Shown: piece by piece, positions 44,572 through 58,019 of the stretch
Numbering within the stretch: position 1 is the first letter of the stretch
Layout of the letters: the number at the start of each line of letters is the position of its first letter
DNA from: Chrysemys picta bellii
Lineage: Eukaryota
Assembly: GCF_011386835.1 (NCBI RefSeq)
Contig: NC_088791.1
Coordinates: forward strand, 350,114,001-350,178,000
DNA: 64,000 nt
Reading direction: 5' to 3'
Notes under the pieces: generated by a model
What the model was told of the DNA's origin: nothing
The model's database searches: none
Seen by the model: only the letters and a program-made list of their open reading frames with translations
Position numbers and translations under genes: made by a program

Positions 44572-45515
44572 CAGTGGTCTCCAAACTTTTTACATCCAAG
44601 ATCACTTTTTGAATCTAAGGGCAACTCAGGATCTACCCCACCCCTTCCCCAAGGCCCCACCCCTTCCCCAAAGCCTTGCCCCACTCACTCCATTCCCCCA
44701 CCCCCCGTCGCTCGCTCACCCCCACCCTCACTCACTTTCACCGGGCTGAGGTGGGGGTTGGGGTTTGGGAGGGGGTGCAGGCTCTGGGCTGGGGCCAAGG
44801 GGTTCACAGTGTAAGAGGGGGCTTTGGCTGAGCCTGGGGCAGGGGGTTGGGTTGCAGGAGGGGTTGAGGGATACAAACTCTAGGAGGGATTTGGAGTGCA
44901 AGAGGGTGCTCCAGGCTGGGGCAGAGTGTTGGGGTGCAGGAGGGGGTACAGGGTGCTTGCTCTGGAAGTAAGGACAGGGCTGAGGATTGGGGTGCAGGAG
45001 AAGCTTTGGGGTGCTGGCTCTGGGAGGGGGCTCAGCGTGGGGTTTGGGGTGCAGGTGGGGGTATGGGGTGCTGGCTCTGTGAGAGGGCTCAGGAATGGGG
45101 ATTGGGGTGTGGCCTCCCGCCGGGCATCGCTTTTCTCCAGTGGCTCCTGGTCGGCGGCAGGCAGAGGGAGGCTAAAGCAGGCTCCCTGCCTACCCTGCAC
45201 CCACACAGCTCCCGGAATGGGCAAACGTGCCCCTGAGGCCCATGGGGTGGGGAGGGCAGGGGGCACATGGCTCCGCATGCTGCCCCTCACTACAAGCACT
45301 CCCCCCTCAGTTCTCCTAGCCAATGGGAGCTGTGCGGGTGGTGCTTGCAGGCAGGAACAACGTGCATCGAGGGAGACCCCTGCCCCCCCCCCCCGCCCCT
45401 GGGGCTGCCGGGCTTCAGTGGCAGCTTCCAGGAGCAGTGTGGGGCCGGGGTAGCTTTAGTGGCAGCCATGCTGCACTGCCGCCAGAGATTGCGATCGACC
45501 GGTTGGTGACCACTG
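44572..45515. mobile_element. hAT-Charlie-like non-autonomous element (944 bp)
   Basis: Termini CAGTGGTCTCCAAAC...GTTGGTGACCACTG; perfect 8-bp TSD CTCACAGT (44564-44571, 45516-45523). Confidence 0.92.
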
Positions 45516-45994
45516 CTCACAGTCAACCTGGAACTGACTAATACACCCAGGTCTGTCTCCTCCTCTTTTGTTTCCAACTCATCATTCGCTGCATAAACAG
45601 GCACATAGTGAGTAGAAGTAGGGAAGATTGAAAGCTAACTTGATGACAGTGGACAAGCACTTTCACAGGAACGAAATGCCAGCTACTAATGGGCTCTTTA
45701 ATCTAACAGAGAAAGATGTAACAAGAACCAATGGCTGGAAACTGAAGCCAGACAAATTAAATTGGGAAATGAGGCTCACATTATTAACAGCGAAGGTGCT
45801 TAACCAGTGAAACAAACTCCCAAGGGAGGTGGTGGATTCTCCTGCTACCTCCAAACCAAGACTAGATGCCAACGTGGAAGACACGCTTTAGAGGAACACA
45901 TGTTTTGCGTTAGTCAAACACAAGTCATTGGGCTCAATACGGGGGTAAATAGGTGAAATTCTGCAGCCTGTGCTGTACAGGAGGTCAGAGTAGA

Positions 45995-46438
45995 GAGTGG
46001 GTCTCATAGTTTTTTGATCACGCCCCCCTTCTTTGTGTCTGTACAAGTTTACCCTCCCCCTGCCACACAAATACATCTATTGATGCATGCAGGGGGGGGC
46101 TTCAACTGAATCATTTTCGGCTTCTTTCTTTTTCACTTGAGTTTTTTATTTCTTGAATGAATTAGCCAACGATCCATTGGAATAAGAGTCAAAGCAAAAC
46201 TGTATTTGTGGTTCCTACTTACAATGAAATGTGCATACCGCGCCAGCAAACAGATCCACATACAGATGGCAATGACTTTGTATACAGGTGTGCAAGCGTA
46301 ACAAAAATCTGTCAAAACGCACAGCGCCACCTACAGTCAAATGCACAGTGCTGTCTGAGGACTGGAACTGTCTCGTGCCCCCCCTAAATATATTCTGCCC
46401 ACCCCCCAAGGATCTCGCTCCCCATTTGAGAACCTCTG
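45995..46438. mobile_element. hAT-Charlie-like element (inverted paralog of 3575-4106)
   Basis: Ends tttgagaacctctg followed by gactagat; internal sequence matches 3600-4100 in reverse. Confidence 0.7.
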
Positions 46439-46715
46439 GACTAGATGATCTAACGGCTCCGTCTGGCTTAAATTCTATGAATCATGACTCATTGTCTTGA
46501 GTTGATCATTATCTTGGATGAACAAGCTGCTCCTCAGGATACTGATAGTCACTCAACAAGGATAGACGCTGACCAAGAAGAATCAGGATTGTCACAGTAA
46601 AACCGGGATAGATGGTCTCTTTACCCTATAAACCAGGTCCTTTCCTGTCTTGGGAGGAAATCTCACAATTGTACCACTCTTCCTGCTGGGAACCACAGCC
46701 CCTCTATGCTATATA

Positions 46716-47646
46716 ACTCTCTCAAAACTGGATGAATGGGCAACAAAATGGCAGATGAAATTTAACGTTAATAAATGCAAAATGGTGCATATTGGAAAAC
46801 ATAATCCCAACTATACATGTAAAATGATTGGGTCTAAATTAGCTGTTACCACTCAAGAAACAGATCTTGGAGTCATTGTGGATAGTTCTCTGAAAACAAC
46901 CACTCCATGTGCAGCGGCAGTCAAAACATGCTGGGAATAATTAAGAAAGGGACAGAAAATATCATGTTGCCTCTATATAAATCCATGGTACACCCACATC
47001 TTGAATACTGTGTGGAGATGTCATCACCCCATCTCAAAAAAAGGTATATTGGAATTGGAAAAGGTTCAGAAAAGGTCCACAAAAATGATTAGGGGTATGG
47101 AACGGCTACCATATGAGGAGAGATTAATAAGACTGGGACTTTTCAGCTTGGAAAAGAGATGGTTAAGGGGAGATATGATTGAGGTCTATAAAATCATGAT
47201 GGTGTAGAGAAAGTAGATAAGGAAGTGTTACTTACTACTTCTCATAACACAAGAAGTAGGGGTCACCAAATTAAATTAATAGGCATCAGGTTTAAAACAA
47301 ATGAAAGGAAGTATTTCTTCACACAACGCACAGTCAACCTGTGGAACTCCTTGCCAGAGGATGACAGGGTTCAAAAATACATGACAGGGTTCAAAAATAA
47401 CTAGATAAATTCATGGAGGGTAGATTCATCGATGGCTATTAGCCAGGATGGGCAGGAATGGTGTCCCTAGCCTCTGTTTGCCAGAAGCTGGCAATGGGTG
47501 ACGGGGATGGATCACTTGATGATTACCTGTTCTGTTCATTCCCTCTGGGGCACCTGGCACTGGCCACTGTTGAAAGACAGGATACTGGGATGAATGGACC
47601 TTTGATCTGACCCAGTAGGGCCATTTTTATGTTCTTATGTTCTTAT
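46716..47646 (+). mobile_element. 5'-truncated CR1 LINE specific to unit 4
   Basis: [44 protein letters not shown]; tail tttatgttcttatgttcttat. Confidence 0.9.
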
Positions 47647-50152
47647 ATGCTTATCACCAAGAAGGTCCGATTGGACACCTCAGTCTCTTCCCTTCAGGTG
47701 CTTGTGACCAGAACTATACAGTCAACCCCAGCCTCCTTAAAACAAAGAGGTCTATTAGCAAATAGCACAAAGCATTAGAGAAAATGGTTTTGAAATACCA
47801 GGCAGCTGTCACACACCTACACTCATCTATCCCACGTCTCTCTACAAGCTAAGTTAGACAGGCTTTGCTCTGGAGATAGAGGAACAGAACTGGCTCAGCT
47901 TACATTCTTTTGGGAAGCCGAGGAGCTCTTGGGACCCAGCCTAGTTTCCCTGTGTCTCTGAGAGCATCTTCCCATCTGTTTGCACCTTTCTTGTGGAAGC
48001 AGCCTTTGCTGAAACCTGTGTGAGCCTGGGTGGAGTCACCGTAGTGCTCAGCCATGTCTGTGTTACAGGGCCGAGGTGTGAAGCTGACCTTTGCCCTCAG
48101 ACTGCTTTCTCCCAGCCAGACCATCTAAGATGAGGCCCCCATGGCTGTTGCTCCATTACTTGTCAGTTAGACCCATTCAGCCTCAATGTATTGCAAACAC
48201 CGGTCCGGTGACTGTGCTGAAACTCCTGTTGTCCCCATGATGCTCCAAGACTCCCCTCAGAAATCCACTACCTACCCCTCACTGTGACCTCCGAGCACCC
48301 CCACATCTGCCACAGACACCAATGTGCTGAAATCACAGGGCTGCCCAGAAGCCGGCTGTCACAGGAGGCTTTGGTAAGACACATGGCAGGTGTGTTGCTC
48401 TGTGGAACCCTGACCCAGCCCTGATCTTAGCGTCACAGAGTATCTGAGCACCTGGAATTTATTTATTCTCCCGCCACCCCTGTGAGGCAGGGCAGGGTTA
48501 TTATCCACCTGTGCAGAGGCTCAGAGACAGGAAATGGCTTCCCCATGGTCACACACAGCATGGGAATTAAATCCTGAGTCCTAGAGCAGTGCCCAGATCA
48601 TTAGACCAGCCTTCCAGACATCTGAGCAGTGATAGGCCTGGCTGGATTCTCTACTGCACCAGCAGAGCTCCCCGCATGCTGCAGAGAGCAGGGATGGCAA
48701 GGAGCCAGTTACAGGGGTTTGATTCACTGGCCTGTTCTCCTCCCTGCCTCAGCTGAGTTTAGAGCAGCCTGGGGGCTGGGCTGACCTGCACCTGATGGTG
48801 ACGGCTTCCAAGAGCACAGCACACGCTGGCCAAGTCCCAGCGGACGGGGGCTACCCCAGAGTGTCCCCTTGGCACCTGAGGAAGTCCTACAGGTGTTCTG
48901 CCCTTCCCTCTAAGGTCCTTGCAATGACTTACTCTCAGTCTGGGATACTTGAAACAAGAGCCCCCTTTGTGGGGTCACATTAATTCAGTCTTCTCCAAAA
49001 CACAGGCTCTCCTACCCTCCGGTTCCATCCTCCTCCTTTACTCGGGAGACCCCATCCTCCTGCTAGCTGTGGTTAGCATTGGTTCAGCTTTGCTGCACCA
49101 CCTGCTCCTCCTTTTCCCCTGAGGCCCCGCAAACTCCCCTATCTCTTCCCACTAGGTCCTGCCCCCTGCTCCTCCGCTTCCCCTGAGGGTCTGATACCGG
49201 CCAGGCTAGAGCCCGGCCATGGTAAGAGCTGCCCAGGGAGCCGAGGCTGCTGTGTGGAGACCCGGATTTTCCATTTTCCCTGAGTAGAACATCCTGGGGG
49301 GTGGGAACACAGGCTGGGGGCTTCACTCGGGCCATTCCCAGACCATGAGGACGGTCTGGGAATCCACAGAGTGGCTCTGGCTCCCTGAGCAGCTCTTACC
49401 AGGGCCTGTCTCTGGCTTCAGGCCTGGAGAGGGGGTGGAGCCTCGAGTAATGAGGAGAAGCAGGGGGTACGGTCTTGGGGGAAGAGATGGGGCAGAGGGA
49501 GGAGAAGAGAGGGAACAGGTGGAGCAGAGGGTGGGGCTTCAAGGGGGAAGACAAGGGATGGGCAGGGTCACAGAGGTGACCGGGCTCCTGTATGTGTCCC
49601 ACTTTTACCTTTTGAAAAGGTAATCCCCCTACATTGACTGGGCTGGCCTGGGATAGCAGCTAGCCGTGCCTCTGTTGGGGAGTGGGGACTGTTTACACCC
49701 TTTCCAATCAGCTGGGGCAGCACAAACGGAGGTGAGAGGTAGGAGGAGGGAATCTGGGCCTGAGTCCTTTGCCAGGACTCCTCTGTGTCAGACCCTCACT
49801 CACACACAGCTCTGCTCTGCCTCGGTGGGGAGTGGGATGAACAGGTGTGTGGTGTGCAGAGCCATCAATGGGGATGGGGAGGTTTCCTGAATGGTTTCTC
49901 CTGGGCTCCTGTGATAATCATGTGTCTGACATGACTCAGTCACAAGCACCTGGCTGAGGGCGTAGGGGAAGGGTGGGTGTCCGTGCCCCTGGAATAGCCC
50001 CTGTCCACACCTGGTGCAGCACCCATGGGTCATGCTGCACCCAGAGCGCTCAGGAAGGTCCAGGACTGCAACTGCAGCTTTTTCCGTGACCCATGGATGT
50101 TTAACCAGTGACAGGCCGGGTATAATGGGAAACAACATCCACCTCCCTTCTC

Positions 50153-50158
50153 TTTATT
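50153..50158 (-). terminator. Candidate polyadenylation signal of OR4
   Basis: Minus strand reads gtcaataaagag, at the conserved position. Confidence 0.5.
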
Positions 50159-50354
50159 GACTGTATCGAGAGGAATTCTGAGATTGGAGCAGCCAGAGAC
50201 AGAGCTAATTATGGGCCAACATCTCACCCGTCCCTTGACTATCCACGAACAAACTCACTTTGTAAATGCTGCTGCCTGCCTTGGTCTCCTTCCCGTAGTG
50301 CCCTGTCCTCCCTCACCAGCAGGTGGGGACAGCCCCTTGCTCCATGCCTTAGAC

Positions 50355-51184
50355 CAGTGTTTTTCAAACCGTGGGTTGCAACCCGGTCCTGGGTCACGGC
50401 ATGGAAGTCACTGGATCACCTTGCTCTGGTCAGCACCGCCGACTGGAACATTAAAACTTCCATCGGTGGTGCTGCCCAGCTAAGGAAAGCTAGTGCCTAG
50501 CTTTTCCAACACCGCGCTGCACCCCAGAAGTGGCCAGCAGCGGGTCCTGCTTCTAGGCAGGGGGGCCAAGGGGCTCTGTGCACTGCCCACGCCCCGAGCA
50601 CCGGCTCTGCACTCCCATTGGCCGGGAACCAGCCAATGGGAACTGGGGGAGGGAGGCGGTGCCTGAGGGCTAGAGTCACGCAAAGCTGCTTGCGCACTTC
50701 CATCTAAGAGCTGGGCCTCCTGCTGGCTGCTTCCGGGGCGTAGCGCAGTCTGCGGTGCCAGGACTGGCAAGAAGCCTGCCTCTGCACCCCGGCTGTGCCG
50801 CTGACCGGGAGCTGCCAGAGGTAAGTCCGTGCCCCAAACCACACCCCAACCCTCTGCCCCAGCCCTGAGCCTCCCCCAAACCTGGAACCCCTTCCTGCAC
50901 CCCAAACCCCTCATCCCTGGCACCACCCCAGAGCCTGCACCCCTAGTCCAGATCTGTGACCCTCTCCTGAACCCCAACCCACTGCCCCAGCCCAGACCCC
51001 CCCACATTCCCCAAACCCCTCATACCTAGCCCACCCCGCAGTCCTCACCCCTGCATCCCAACCCTCTGCCCCAGCCCTGAGCCCCTCCCTCCCCCCCAAA
51101 CCTCTCATTCCTAATTCCGTTGTGTCACAGGTATCAACAATTTTCTTCAACTGGGTCCCCAGAAAAAACGTTTGAAAACCACTG
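50355..51184. mobile_element. hAT-Charlie-like element (830 bp) in the predicted OR4 3' UTR
   Basis: Termini CAGTGTTTTTCAAAC...GTTTGAAAACCACTG; TSD ccttagac/ctttagac (1 mismatch). Confidence 0.88.
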
Positions 51185-51336
51185 CTTTAGACCTCATCTG
51201 AATCTCTTTCTACAGATTGGAGATCAGTAGCTCATTTCTTCTCGGATGTATGGGTCCAGGATGAAATAGGTATCCCTAGCTGGTGTTCTTTGTCTCCTGT
51301 GTTATGACCGCTGGAGCCAGATGAGGAACTGAACCT

Positions 51337-52272
51337 TCACTTGACGAACACCCTGATTATCCTCGCACGAAGGTGTTTGCTTTTCACGCTGTACACAACT
51401 GGGTTCATCAGGGGTGGGACCAGCAGGGAGATGTAGCTCAGAACAATCTGAAGCAAGTAAGAAGAGCTATTCCAGAATCTGTACATCACAACCAAGCTGA
51501 TGTCTGGTGTGTAGAAGAGCAGGATGGCACAGAGGTGGGAGACGCAGGTGTTCAGGGCCCTGAGGCATTGAGCATGGGATGCGATGCTCAGCACTGTTTT
51601 GAGGATCATCACATAAGAGAGGAAGATGAGCAGCAAGTCCAATCCCATTGTTATGAGTTTGGTAAACAAGCCAAAGATATTGTTGACTCTGATATCCGAA
51701 CAAGCCATCTTCATGACCTCCTGGTGCAGGCAGTAGGAATGGGAGAGGACATTGGCTCGACAGTATCGGAACTGTTTCAGGAGAATGGTGAGTGGGAGTA
51801 TCACAGCCACCCCTCTTAGAACACACACCAGGCCCATCTTGGCTATTCTTGGCAGTGTTAAGATGGAGGCATATCTCAGTGGTTCACGGATAGCTATGCA
51901 GCGGTCCAAGGCCATCAACAAGAGGATGGAGGATTCAATACATTGAAGCGAGTGGATGAAGAACAGCTGGGCTAAACAGGCATCGACGCTGATCTCCCTA
52001 AAGTTAAACAAGAATATGCCCAGCATTGTTGGTATCGTGGATATCGATAAGCCAAGGTCTGAGACAGCCAACATGGAAAGGAAAATGTACATGGGCTCAT
52101 GGAGGCTTGCATCTGTTCCTATAATAAACAGAATGACTGAATTTCCTACTATCGAAATAACATACATTAGGCAGAAGGGGATAGAGATCCAGAGATGAAC
52201 GTCTTCCTGCCCAGGTATCCCGGTGAGAAGAAACACAGTATGTGTGAATTTGGTGTCATTGAGAGCTGACAT
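51337..52272 (-). CDS. OR4: class I olfactory receptor, family 51-like, intact 311 aa
   Basis: LHEPMY, MALDRCIAIREPLRY, HSYCLHQEVMKMAC, RALNTCVSH, YRFW, PPLMNPVVYSVK. Confidence 0.96.
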   Translation of the reverse strand: MSALNDTKFTHTVFLLTGIPGQEDVHLWISIPFCLMYVISIVGNSVILFIIGTDASLHEPMYIFLSMLAVSDLGLSISTIPTMLGIFLFNFREISVDACLAQLFFIHSLQCIESSILLLMALDRCIAIREPLRYASILTLPRIAKMGLVCVLRGVAVILPLTILLKQFRYCRANVLSHSYCLHQEVMKMACSDIRVNNIFGLFTKLITMGLDLLLIFLSYVMILKTVLSIASHAQCLRALNTCVSHLCAILLFYTPDISLVVMYRFWNSSSYLLQIVLSYISLLVPPLMNPVVYSVKSKHLRARIIRVFVK

Positions 52273-53865
52273 AATGTACTGGGCAGATCCGGGGACTTTT
52301 GAACTTTCCTTCCTGAAAGGAAAAACAGGACACTAGATGATATTTAGCTAGACATCTTGATGCTCTCAGTGCAAGTCTACAGAGGTTTTTTTTTAAATCC
52401 TTACTACTGTATTTGGATTTTCTGGTCACTCATATAAACACATCCAGTCCCTCTTTGAATCCTGCTAAGCTCTTGGCGCCATTGATATATTAAGGTTGGG
52501 AGTTCTGCAGCCTACTTGAGCACAGTTTGATTTTACAATTATGACCTTATCACAAAAAAACCCATCCTTTCCAGGCCTCCACTTCTGAATATTTCCCACT
52601 GTATCATGACATGTGTAAACACATGGCAAGTGCATGGTGGAAAAGGTCATTGTATTTATCTGTCCTGAATTGAAGCGATTTATAAACTTGTTTCATTGCC
52701 TCATTATATATAATTATTTATTTTCTCCACTCCTGATAGTCCAACTTATGTCACTGCCTCTTTGCACCACAGGGGATAAATTCTTAAGGCCAGGTTTTGA
52801 ATTCGATAACAGTGACTTCAGCAGCATCACCCCAGATTTCCATATTTAATTTCGGTCAGAGGCAGGCTCTGTTAACTTTCCCTTACCAACTGTTCCCGAT
52901 GATACACTCTGTCACCAAGAATCCCTCCAAGAGAAGCTGAAGTGCTTTACCGGGCCAGGGTTGACTGAATCCAGAGAGCTTGATCATCATACAGGATTCT
53001 CTTCATCCTCACAGGACCTGCATCCTCTCTCCATGCAAGGGTCTGTAAATATCTGGGAAGTTACAGCCCATCACAGACAGTTACTTCAGCTGGATGGGGG
53101 AGAGGATGGCATCACAAATGAGTGAACAGTGAAAACACTATGTTTACACTAATATCCAGTTGAGTGTGCAAGTTACTTCAGCCATTCTCATGTAACAGGT
53201 GATGGGTGTCCATTATATACAACCACTCTTACAGTCTCCTTTCCTCCACCTCAGCTCCACTCTTTGCTAAAACACAAACCAATGGATCTGTTCTCCCAGG
53301 ACTTTTTGCAAAGTCTTGTACAGGTAGAGCAGAGGGATTGTGTTCATGACGCTGAATGTAAGTGTCACAAACAGCTTCTGGTCAGTTACCAGGAGACAGT
53401 ATCATACAACTGTTCACTGCACAAAGAGTTAACAACACAAACCCATTGCAAACATTATGTGGAGTATTTCTGAAATACTTTCTAAAGCAAAAGCCATTAA
53501 GCAGTAAAGTTTCCACTGCTCCTTCCTGTAGAGATTCCAACAACTCTGCTGCTGGCTTTCAATATACAGGCATGCAATGAAGGTTTGATTTGTAATATCT
53601 GTATTACAATGAAAAGTTTTGGCATAACATTTACACATCTATATGTCAACCCATTCTTTTGCTTCTGATCTTCTTTCAGAGATGATTTCTCAGGTCAGAG
53701 TGGTACTTAAAATGCACCATCTGTCATCTGAATTTCTTCACAACATGAAAAGATTGCAGCGTCTCAGCCCTCATTCAGTCATTTGTCAGCCAACAAAAGT
53801 CAAGTAGTTCCTCTGTCCCTGGGTTAATAGCTGACTGCGTCTCCCCAGGTTCAGTTCTGTCAGTC

Positions 53866-54980
53866 TGTAACATTCCCCTCTGGTGTTATCCGGACCAGTG
53901 ATCTGCTAGGTCACTCCAATCTTTGACTGGGAGCCAGTCTTACCCTGCTCTGCTGTGAGAACCCCCACACCTGGGCTGTTCACTCACAGCCTCTAGCATG
54001 TAAACCGCTCCCAACTACTTGCAACCGAATGACACTAGCCAATATCTCCAGTCCCAGACACAACCCTAGGAACCTCCATCTTGCAGTGTCCAGTTATGCT
54101 CGCTGGATGCTGAAATCTTATATAAGTTCATCAATTTAACAAATAAATTGATATGTACCAGGCTTATTATCCCCAGGGGAGTCTCTGACACACTTCAAAC
54201 CAAGCGCACTGCTTCAGGTAGAATAAACAAACACATTTATTAACTACAGAGATAAATTTTAAGTCATTATAAGTCAGAACACAACAAGTCAGATTTGATA
54301 AAATGAAATAAAAACAAAACACATTCTAAGCTGATATTAACACTTGCAGTGCCCTTACAAACTTAGGTGCTTCTCACCACAGGCCGGCTGGTTGCTCTTC
54401 AGCCAGGCTCTCCTCTTTGATCAGTGCTTCAGTCGCTTGGTGGTGGTGTCTGTAGATATAGTTGGAAGAGAGAGAGAGAGAGAACCTGGCAAAATCTCTC
54501 CCTTTTATCATGTCCTTTCTTCTCTCTTGGCTTTACCCCCCCCCCCTTCAGAGTCAGGTGAGCATTACCTCACTGCAGTCCCAAACTGACCAGAGGAATG
54601 GGGGTGACTCACTCGAGAGTCCAACAGATCCTTTGTTGTTGCCTAGGTCAGTGTCCTTCGTTCCTGTGAGGCTGCGCCGGGTTTCTCCCTTACATGCCCT
54701 GATGAGGTGCGAACTGCCCCTCTGCTCTTGGAGAGCTTTTGCCTGGGCTTCCTTTAATTCATAAGGATACATTTTCAACCTCATAACTATATACATGAAA
54801 TTACAACCTATAACATCATTATAACATCACTATAACAATTACTATAACAAGCATGCTCAGTGCATCATGAGCCTTCCGAAAGCACCCAACATGACAAACT
54901 TTGCATTGGACACCACACAATCATATTACAAAGATGAACATGGGGGTGCAGGGTTTTCCCCAGAGGTACAGAGTGTCACA
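53866..54980. mobile_element. Solo LTR (1115 bp) in the OR4 upstream block
   Basis: Termini TGTAACA...TGTCACA; 5-bp TSD CAGTC (53861-53865, 54981-54985); empty site in the other units. Confidence 0.88.
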
Positions 54981-57900
54981 CAGTCTGTAGCCTGTATCCG
55001 GAGTGATAACAGACATTGGGATCCTTGAGCTCTTACTCTCTAGTACATAGTGACCCCAGCTCCTGTTATTCAGCCAGGATGAGGGTTTGCAGGAAGTGGA
55101 TTTGAAAGTCCAATGCATGAATGTTCATGGAAATGGAACTTCATTTCCCGCAGGAAACTAGTCTATTGCTCTCTCTCTTTGTCTCTGTCTGACAGTCTCT
55201 GTCCTGTATTCATAAAATCCATAGCATGCGGGAACGGCATTGTGACAGACATGGAACTGAGCTGCCATAATCAATGTGTGTGTTAAACCCAGTTCTGGGG
55301 ATGGTTGCTGAAGAGCTACATGGGGTTAACGATTGGGATGTTTATGTTATGGCTGTATTATGGCTCTTCCTAGTTTAATAACAGGCTGCTAGAAAAAAAG
55401 CAGGAAAGGAAACTACAGTTCAAGAAAAGCCATCGCTCAGTCAGCACTTCAGGGAGGTTGAGAGACTACAAGCTGGGAAGAGCCTGTTTCCGGGCTCCAG
55501 TCACGTTACACAGGTTGTTTTACCAGCGCTTTTGAGTCTCTGCAGAGCTGGGGCAGCTGTTGCTCAGAAGCTCTTCAGGCCGACAGGCACAGACACCGCT
55601 GGGGAAATCTGAAGGCCCTCGGCCTGCCTGAGTCTCTGTCAGAGTGGGAGGGTTTGCAGCCAGAGATGTGTACTGACTGTTGTTTGAAAACCCTTTTATT
55701 TTCCCATGTTATGCTTTCTTCTTGCTGTTGAGATCAAACTGTATTTTGGTTTAAGAAGGCTGGCTGGTCACTCATCTCACTACTACTCAGACTCCCAGGT
55801 GCCCAAACCACTTGGACTCCCAGGGCCCAGGATGAGGGTGCGAGGATTGAGAGGGAAGGGTACGAGGCCTGACATCTGATGCTCGAGAACAGGGCGCGAG
55901 CAGAGATACCGGTAGCCATATAACGCTTAGGGGTATCTACAGGGAAGTAGTGCTGGAATCCTCAGCCAGTCAGGAAACAGCAATATGCCCTATCTGACCT
56001 ATCACCATGAAGCAATGCAGCTCTGAATTCCTGCATTCACAATCGAGCCAGAGAAAAAAACCTCTGAAAATGCATTTGCTGATTAAATTTCCAGGAGCAA
56101 ATAAACCTGACACAATCTGGAAACTAGTCACTGACATTGTGTGCGGTGTCCTTTCACTGAGCCCCTGGCAGGATTGGGCCCAGAGCACATGGCACCTCTA
56201 GAAATGGGACCCCTTGAGAAATCTTGACTCGGGGCATCAGGGTTTTAGCACTCCGAGCTCGCTTTTTACGTCAGATTTCTGTGTAGCTTGAACACCCCAC
56301 TGTGGAGCATGGGCAGATGCAGGGGAGGGGTTCCCAAGCTATCTAGCGCTGCCTGTCCTCCAGTCCCTGTCACTGAGTCACCCTGACAGCCCAGCTGAGT
56401 CCTTTGCCGCTGCACAGAACATCTGCAAATGGAAACAGCTTGCAGCCTTTCCCCTTCACTGCACATTTTAAAGATAGTGAAACCTGCCAACGTACCCAAT
56501 TCATGCTAGACGTAGAGCCACTGACGCTAGAGGTCTTCACGGTAAAGGAGCGGGAGTTATCAGGGAGGTAGCACAGGCAGCAGGCAGTATCTGTTCAGAC
56601 AGGGAGGCAACTGTCTTTATGAAGAAAGCTTCCACATTCCTTTGGGGGCCTCTTGGCCATCAGGGAACCTCAGCTGCTTGGCTTTGTGTACATGAGCTTT
56701 AACCCCGTCACAGCCAATGACAAACTGCAGGAGGCCAAATCACAGGGGACGTGCGATGATCTTACCCACTTGGACTGCAGCTTCAGCCCTGCTGCAGGTT
56801 CTATTCCTGGAATCTGGGCTTGTCATCACTGTTCGTGTGGTTCCGATTAGTTACAGGGCTACCATGGGGGCGGCTGAGTGGTAACAATGATGCTGTCACA
56901 GCTGTGATCTTGCTGAAATAAAATAAAATAGAATAATAATAATAACAAATGTATAATATAGGAGCAGATTTCTTCCCGGCGGTCCCCTTTCCTGCATTAC
57001 AAAACCAGGGTGCAGGCCAGGGAAGGGAGATTCCACAGGGCTCCATATAGGAAACTTCCCTCGATCATTTCAGGAGGTGATGTCTCATCCCTTCCCTTCT
57101 CCCTGAGGAATGAAAAGTGGGGAGGAATCAAGGTCCCCAAAGTTATGAACAGATCTCAGTGATCCACTGGTAGCTAGGCCCACACCCCACAGACTCTGGG
57201 CCTCCACAACTGCTCTAGGACCCTGTCCAGCTCCCTGCTAGCACAGGTTCATCAGAGATGTGCTACCAGGGCCTGTCACAGTAGCCGCTGCTCACAGAAT
57301 CTGCCAAAGGGACCTTGTTCAGGGTGGAGGGGGCTGCACAGAGATGGGAAGGCTGGTTAGAGTAGCTGATGGGCACAATACCCCAGCCACAGACTGGTCA
57401 GGTGAATTTGACCTTTCCATACCCAGAGTGCAGCCATAGACTCCCTCAGTGCAACCTTCATTTATGTTATGAAGGAGAGGGAGATGAAAAGCCTCCAATT
57501 TCTCTTGGGGATCCAGGCAGCTGCAGGTGGGCAAAGTCATGGCAGCTGAGCTTTCAGAGAAAAATGATCCCTTTTCTATGAAAACTCACCCCAACAAATG
57601 GGTGAAAAGGAAACATTTTAGTTTGGGTGAAAATTCTTTGTGGTGGTGGTAACTCTGTTTTTTCAGCTGAGCTTTAGCTCAAACCATGAGCCTCTGTCCC
57701 TTCTGCTACAGGACCACACCTATAGGTGGCAGCACTCGCCCCTCATCAGCCACACACAGTGAACCACCTCTTAGAGTGACTATATTTCCCAAAGAGAAAG
57801 CAGGTGATCCTCAGATGCATATTAAGACTCACTGCTACCTCCGGATGACAGGGTATCTCAGGATTTAGAGTGAGCAACACTGGAGCTTTGACAATGGCTT

Positions 57901-58019
57901 GTTTCAGGTGGGATACTGCTTCTGTGTGTTGCTCAGTCCATTCCCATTGGTAGCAGTGAGTCTTAATATGTTAGCAACTGTGGCTTCACAAGAGAGACAT
58001 GGGAAGATCAGACCTGTGG

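Larger units (their letters stand above)
44045..57812 (-). repeat. OR duplication unit 4, inverted
   Basis: Reverse-complement collinearity with the D and U blocks of the plus-strand units. Confidence 0.9.

Noticed and set aside
44880-45453. Cluster of 100-185-aa ORFs here and at 50480-51007
   Set aside because: All lie inside TSD-bounded non-autonomous hAT elements with G/C-run repeats; no coding signature.
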